The translations under genes and the position numbers were made by a program. From NCBI GenBank assembly GCA_040768925.1, contig JAXGLZ010000001.1:943677-1007676 (forward strand): DNA of 64,000 bases, written 5' to 3'. Below the pieces are notes generated by a model. That model searched no databases and was not told the origin of the DNA. It saw nothing but the letters and a program-made list of their open reading frames with translations. The DNA is from Christensenellales bacterium. GTDB taxonomy: Bacteria > Bacillota > Clostridia > Christensenellales > CALWSW01. Of this stretch, positions 59,292-64,000 are shown in pieces. Positions within the stretch are counted from its first letter, which is position 1; each line of letters opens with the position of its first letter.

Positions 59292-60671
59292 ATGGCGCAG
59301 TGGAACAACCGGCTCGCATCGATAGCGTCCTTTACGCTGTTTTCGGCGTGGCTGATCGCCTTCCCCTACGAGGGGCAGGTGCTCTATTCCTTGTTTGCGC
59401 TGCGGGCTATCTCTCCGTCGGTTTGGATCATCGCCGCCATTGTCGCGCATTTGTGCGGCCTCGTATGCTGCGCGCTGTTTGTAAAAAGCCTTGAAAAGGC
59501 AAAAAAGGCGATGCTCCTTTCGGGCGCGGTCTGCTTTTTGGGCACCGCGCTCTTTTTCATTCCCGTTTCCGCGCTTTGGATGGCGTCTTTGCTTTGCGTT
59601 TCCCTTTTCGCGGGGTTTTTTATTTCCGCATGGGGCTATTTTTACAGGGAATATACGCCCGCGGGAAAGCGTATGGGAACCGTGGCGCTCACGCTCGCGC
59701 TTTCGGCGGCGCTGATGATCTTCGTGAACCTCTGCGCCGTATACGTTTCCGCTTACCTCGCGCTCGGGCTTTGCCTTGTCCTGCTCGCGGGCGCGCTGTA
59801 TTTTGCCCTGCGCCTCCCCGTGCCCGCCGTTTTGCGCGAAACGCCCGCCGAACGGGTTTCCTATATACAGCCGTTTGCAACGCTGTGCGCTTTCGTGCTC
59901 ATCATCACCATCAACTCGGGGCTGATGTTTCAGGTGATCTTGCCCGCGTTTTCGGACGTGGGCCTTGTGGCCGATATTTACTGGGCCGTGCCCTATATCG
60001 CAGCCATCTTCCTTGTGAGCCGCCTGCCCGCGCGCATCGATAAAGGCTATATCCTGTATGCTGCCATCGCCATGCTCGGCTTTGCCTTCATCGCGTTCGT
60101 GGCGCTCGACCGTTCCGCATGGAGCTATATCGCAATCAATACGCTTCTGCTGGGCGCCTGCGGCGTCAACGACCTGTTTTGGTGGAGCATTTTGGGCGAG
60201 CTTTTGGATTTCGATAAAAACCCCGCCAAAACGCTCGGCATCGGCCTTGGCGCAAACGTTGCGGGCGTGCTTTTAGGCAAGCTCATCGGCAGCGCAAGCA
60301 TCTTTTCGGCGTCGAGCGGCGCTTGCGCGCTCATCGGCATGGCGGTGGTGTGCGTGGCGGTGGTGCTGCTGCCGCCGCTGCACGGTCAGCTTCTGCTCGT
60401 CTTAAAGGGCAACTCCTTCCTTGCCGCGTTCTCGGAGCTGTCGCCCGACGCGCAGGCGGAGACCGTATCCGAGGCCGCGCGTATCGCGGGGCTGAGCGAA
60501 CGCGAGAACGAGGTCGCGCTGCTGCTGCTCAAGGGTTGGCCCTACCGGCTCATCGGGGAGAAGCTCTTTATCAGCGAAAGCACCGTGAAAACACATGTGC
60601 TTAGCATTTACGGCAAGCTAGGCGTTCACAGCCGCACGGAGCTCATTCAAAAGTTCAGCGAGGAAACGTAA
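59292..60671 (+). CDS. membrane-anchored LuxR-family transcriptional regulator (about 10 TM + C-terminal GerE/LuxR HTH)
   Basis: C-terminal LSERENEVALLLLKGWPYRLIGEKLFISESTVKTHVLSIYGKLGV; GGAGG RBS 6 nt before the ATG at 59292. Confidence 0.75.
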   Translation: MAQWNNRLASIASFTLFSAWLIAFPYEGQVLYSLFALRAISPSVWIIAAIVAHLCGLVCCALFVKSLEKAKKAMLLSGAVCFLGTALFFIPVSALWMASLLCVSLFAGFFISAWGYFYREYTPAGKRMGTVALTLALSAALMIFVNLCAVYVSAYLALGLCLVLLAGALYFALRLPVPAVLRETPAERVSYIQPFATLCAFVLIITINSGLMFQVILPAFSDVGLVADIYWAVPYIAAIFLVSRLPARIDKGYILYAAIAMLGFAFIAFVALDRSAWSYIAINTLLLGACGVNDLFWWSILGELLDFDKNPAKTLGIGLGANVAGVLLGKLIGSASIFSASSGACALIGMAVVCVAVVLLPPLHGQLLLVLKGNSFLAAFSELSPDAQAETVSEAARIAGLSERENEVALLLLKGWPYRLIGEKLFISESTVKTHVLSIYGKLGVHSRTELIQKFSEET

Positions 60672-60696
60672 CCCGCATCCCCGCAGAAACGCCTCG

Positions 60697-60732
60697 GTCC
60701 TGTCCGCGTATAAAACGGACGGGCCTTTTTTT
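60697..60732 (+). terminator. terminator after the LuxR gene
   Basis: GGTCCTGTCCG-...-CGGACGGGCC + T7. Confidence 0.55.
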
Positions 60733-60859
60733 GATTTCATACTTTTCGGCCGATACCCAAAAGAAGGGCCTTATCGTATCCTGTAAGTGAGCGCTCCCAT
60801 CCTTTGAGCGCCGCGCGCATCTCATTACGTTCCGATCTCAAACAAGGAGGACGCCGCCT

Positions 60860-62170
60860 ATGGCCGTCATCGAACGCATCAAGTACAACGGATCGCCCGA
60901 GGTTTTCGCGTGGAAATTCCCCAACGACGAGCTCGGCACATGGACGCAGCTTATCGTGAACGAGTCGCAGGAGGCCGTGCTTTTCAAGGGCGGCAAAGCG
61001 CTCGACGTGTTCGCGAGCGGCCGCCACACCCTCGATACCGCGAACATACCGCTTCTCAACAACATCATCAACCTTCCTTTCGGGGGGCGCTCCCCCTTTA
61101 CCGCCGAGATATGGTATGTGAACAAAGCGCATGTGCTCGACATCAAGTGGGGCACGAACACGCCCATACAGCTTCGCGACGCCAAATACGGCGTGTTTCT
61201 GCCCGTGCGCGTACACGGGCAGTTCGGCATCAAGATCGAGGACTCCAAGCAGTTCCTCGTGAAGCTCGTGGGCACGCTCCCCGTGTTTGAAAAGACCGCG
61301 CTGGTACAGTATTTCCGCGGCCTATATCTGACCAAGGTGAAGGATACCGTTTCCTCTTACCTCATCGACAAGCAGGTGAGCGTGCTCGAGATCAACGCCT
61401 ATCTCGATAAGCTCTCGGATTTTATGCGCGAACGGATCACGCCTACGCTCGCCGAATACGGCATACGGCTCGTAAGCTTTTACGTCAACGACATCAGCGT
61501 GCCCGAGGACGACTCGGCGGTGAAAACGCTCAAGGATGCGCTCGCCAAGCGCGCACAGATGGATATCGTGGGCTTCAGCTATGTGCAGGAGCGCTCGTTC
61601 GATACGCTCGAGGGCGCGGCCACCAACGCGCACGGCGGCTCCGACCTGATGGGCGCGGGCATCGGCGTGGGGATGGGCTTCGGCATCGGCGGCCCCTTGG
61701 GCCAGCAGGCCGGCTCCCTCGCGCAGGTCATGAACACGAGCGCGCAGGTCAAAGCCTGCCCGCGCTGCAAGGCCTCCATGCCGCAGGAAAAGCGCTTTTG
61801 CAGCGATTGCGGCTTCGATACCGACGCAAAGCCGCGGCAGGATGCCGTTGCATGCAGCGCGTGCGGCGAAGCGTACCGCCTGGGCGCGAAATTCTGTCCC
61901 GAATGTGGCAACGCCTACAACGGATGCCCCGTATGCCGCGCGGATGTGAAAAAGGGCGCGGCCGCGTGCCCGGTATGCGGCGCGAAAATGCCCACGCCCT
62001 GCCCGAATTGCGGTGATCTCATCGAAAAGGCCGGCGCGCGGTTTTGCCCAAGCTGCGGCCAAACGCTCGTGAAAACCTGCGCCGCTTGCGGCTGCGAGCT
62101 TTCGGGCGCGCCTAAATTCTGCCCGGAATGTGGCGCAAGCTGTGCGCCGGAAGGAGGAAAAACCACATGA
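60860..62170 (+). CDS. SPFH/band-7 domain protein with C-terminal array of zinc ribbons
   Basis: N-terminal about 250-aa SPFH-like domain, Gly-rich linker, then at least six CxxC...CxxC ribbons (CPRC, CSDC, CSAC, CPEC, CPVC, CPNC, CPSC, CAAC, CPEC). Confidence 0.8.
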   Translation: MAVIERIKYNGSPEVFAWKFPNDELGTWTQLIVNESQEAVLFKGGKALDVFASGRHTLDTANIPLLNNIINLPFGGRSPFTAEIWYVNKAHVLDIKWGTNTPIQLRDAKYGVFLPVRVHGQFGIKIEDSKQFLVKLVGTLPVFEKTALVQYFRGLYLTKVKDTVSSYLIDKQVSVLEINAYLDKLSDFMRERITPTLAEYGIRLVSFYVNDISVPEDDSAVKTLKDALAKRAQMDIVGFSYVQERSFDTLEGAATNAHGGSDLMGAGIGVGMGFGIGGPLGQQAGSLAQVMNTSAQVKACPRCKASMPQEKRFCSDCGFDTDAKPRQDAVACSACGEAYRLGAKFCPECGNAYNGCPVCRADVKKGAAACPVCGAKMPTPCPNCGDLIEKAGARFCPSCGQTLVKTCAACGCELSGAPKFCPECGASCAPEGGKTT

Positions 62171-62553
62171 AACGCGCGGAGCTGACCATAACGGCCCTGT
62201 TCTGCATCGCGCTTGCCGCGACGCTCCTCATTTTTTTCCTCGGCGCGCCGCTTGGGGATAAGGCCGACGTCGATTATACGGCATTTCTCTTTTTACTGCT
62301 CTCGGAGGCGGCGCTGTACGTCGCCGCGCGGCTGATCCTGCAGAAAAAGCACGACGGCGCGCGCCTGTTCCTCGGCGCGGGCGTGCTCGTTACGCTCGCG
62401 ATCTACCTTGTTGTAAACGCCGTGCTCACGGTTTTCGTGGCGCCGCTGTACGGCGGCGGGCTGCGGCATTTTTTCCTGCTGGAATTCCTGCTCCTTTTTG
62501 CCGCGGCGGCGCTCACGGTCGTATTCGCCGCGTTCGGCGCGCGGGCTTCCTAG
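62167..62553 (+). CDS. small membrane protein (4 TM), hypothetical
   Basis: ATGA overlap with the SPFH gene stop; GGAGG RBS. Confidence 0.5.
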   Translation: MKRAELTITALFCIALAATLLIFFLGAPLGDKADVDYTAFLFLLLSEAALYVAARLILQKKHDGARLFLGAGVLVTLAIYLVVNAVLTVFVAPLYGGGLRHFFLLEFLLLFAAAALTVVFAAFGARAS

Positions 62554-62580
62554 GGCCGGGCGGAACAGGAGGTACGGAAT

Positions 62581-63147
62581 ATGCAAAACGAACGCAAGAT
62601 CAAGGACGGAAAAAAGGCAAGAACGGTGGGTTTTGCGCTTTTGGCGCTGGCCTCGCTGCTGTTTATCATCCTCCTCAGCCTTACAAAGGATGGCAGGCTC
62701 ACCGTTTCTTCCGCGGGGACCAACCTCGCGCTGGTCACGATGATGCTTTCCTTTCCCGTTTCCGCGCTTTTGCTCCTCGTCGGCGGCATACGCGGCAGAA
62801 GGGCGCGCCGCTATCGGAAATATCTGCCCCATGCCTTAAACGAGCGCGATATCGAAAACCTCGCCTCCATCGCGGGCGTATCTTATCGGCGGGCGGAGCG
62901 GGATATCGCCGCTATGCTCGGGATGGGGCTGCTGCCGGGGCTTAGGCTCGACCGCGCGGCAAAGCGGCTTACCGAAGCCGCCGTATCGTTTGCGGGAGGC
63001 GGTTTTTACGGCAAGAACGGCGCGCCTCCCCCCGCGCCGCTCCCGACGGTTTCGGTGATATGCCCCGGCTGCGGCGCGGAAAACAGCGTGCAAAAGGGCG
63101 GCGCCGCGAAATGCGAATATTGCGGCGCGGCCCTTGAAGGGAAATGA
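62581..63147 (+). CDS. membrane protein with C-terminal zinc ribbon (paralog 1)
   Basis: MQNERKIKDGKKARTVGF..., 2 TM, C-terminal CPGCGAEN...CEYCGA. Confidence 0.55.
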   Translation: MQNERKIKDGKKARTVGFALLALASLLFIILLSLTKDGRLTVSSAGTNLALVTMMLSFPVSALLLLVGGIRGRRARRYRKYLPHALNERDIENLASIAGVSYRRAERDIAAMLGMGLLPGLRLDRAAKRLTEAAVSFAGGGFYGKNGAPPPAPLPTVSVICPGCGAENSVQKGGAAKCEYCGAALEGK

Positions 63148-63183
63148 TCCTTACCGCCTTTAAGACGAAAGGAGGGGATATTT

Positions 63184-63747
63184 ATGCAAAACGGCATAGA
63201 GAAGAATATAAAGGACGGCAAAGCGGCACGGACAGCGGGCTTCGTTTGCCTTGGGCTATGTGCGGTTGCGATGATCCTCGTGATCATCTGCGGCAGCGAT
63301 GTGCGGGCGTATCAGGGCCTTGTAGCGCGATTGGAGCGAAATCCGGTGCGTTGGTGGTACTATTGGCTTCGCCTGCGTTACTTGGCAGGGTGGTTTCGCC
63401 CGGTGGTGGTCACAGTCTTTCTCACCCTTCCGACGTCGATTATTCTGTTCATTTTGAGCGGCGCGCGCGCGCCGCGTGCCGCGCGCTATAAAAAATATTT
63501 AGCGCTTATTCCGTCGCAGCCGGCATTGGAGGAGATGTCCATTGCTGTCGGCTTGCCGCCCAACAAGGTGAAACGGGACATCAGCACGATGATCCGCGAG
63601 CGCTGCATTGACGGGGAAGAATTGGAGGCCGCAAGGCGGATGCTTCTTGCGCACCATCGCGGGCAAAGCGGTGCAGACGGCGCGAAGGAAGTCTCCGTCG
63701 CCGGCGCGCTTTGCCCGGCCTGCGGCGCGCCGATCGAGGGGAAATAA
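63184..63747 (+). CDS. membrane protein with C-terminal half zinc ribbon (paralog 2)
   Basis: MQNGIEKNIKDGKAARTAGF... parallel architecture to paralog 1; C-terminal CPACGAPIEGK. Confidence 0.55.
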   Translation: MQNGIEKNIKDGKAARTAGFVCLGLCAVAMILVIICGSDVRAYQGLVARLERNPVRWWYYWLRLRYLAGWFRPVVVTVFLTLPTSIILFILSGARAPRAARYKKYLALIPSQPALEEMSIAVGLPPNKVKRDISTMIRERCIDGEELEAARRMLLAHHRGQSGADGAKEVSVAGALCPACGAPIEGK

Positions 63748-63797
63748 AGCCTTGCGCGCAACCTTCGCCGCACCATGGCAGCGGAAAGGAGATCTAT

Positions 63798-64000
63798 ATG
63801 GAAAGAAATGCTAAAAAACTTCCGTGCTTATACTCAAAATGCTGGGCGGCGCAGCGTGCCTGCTGTTTGGTCTCTATTTTTCCGCGGTCGGCGTTGCTTA
63901 TCGGCATGTGGATAGCGTACATGTTTTGAGGTATTCGCTCATGTCCGCGCTCGCGCTCCTCTGCTTTTTCCTTGCGTGGCTTTGCTTAAGGCAGAAGAAA
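63798..64000 (+). CDS. possible third paralog / membrane protein, partial or frameshifted at the window end
   Basis: AAGGAG RBS before MERNAKKLP...; a hydrophobic TM-like reading continues in the +1 frame to the window end. Confidence 0.2.

Noticed and set aside
1-64000. CRISPR arrays, rRNA operons, additional tRNAs
   Set aside because: No regularly spaced short direct repeats; no rRNA-like conserved segments; only one tRNA-like cloverleaf found by eye (9970-10052)

Overview
This is a high-GC (about 60%) chromosomal segment from a Gram-positive-type, probably clostridial, genome; the taxonomic guess rests on GGAGG-type ribosome-binding sites, BclA-like collagen proteins, Hcp and TrkAH. Roughly the first 41 kb is core-like. 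It carries the 3' part of xdhC, a NUDIX hydrolase, a six-gene minus-strand operon (THUMP RNA methylase, HEAT-like and TPR proteins, hslO, a methyltransferase, an M20 amidohydrolase), pdp and tRNA-Leu(UAA). Next comes a lower-GC islet with two divergent BclA-like collagen-triple-helix genes (internal 126-bp and 27-bp tandem repeats) flanking a decayed GT2 glycosyltransferase. It continues with trkH-trkA, a YhfZ-like regulator, an FGGY kinase, a HAD hydrolase, an OFA-family MFS transporter preceded by a promoter/small-ORF/terminator leader, and an ABC-2 transporter. A LysR / heterodimeric ABC exporter / VanW cassette is bracketed by two inverted paralogous hypothetical genes. The stretch ends with a deoR-DUF1537 kinase-pdxA2 four-carbon acid-sugar operon, a cyclase, a second YhfZ-like regulator and rplY(ctc). 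From about 41.9 to 55.8 kb lies a decayed composite integrative element. It holds Fic, a truncated ABC TMD, an IS256 transposase remnant, three large serine recombinases (one frameshifted in an A-run, one intact with an unusual C-terminal domain that recurs as a standalone neighbouring ORF, one 5'-truncated), an AAA_25 ATPase, XRE regulators and several unknown ORFs. Downstream are hcp with a degraded Crp/Fnr (HcpR-like) fragment, a truncated beta-helix gene, a membrane-anchored LuxR regulator, and an SPFH/multi-zinc-ribbon gene followed by tandem paralogous zinc-ribbon membrane proteins. There is no CRISPR array and no rRNA. All coordinates and domain calls come from reading the sequence and ORF track by eye; no database searches were run.
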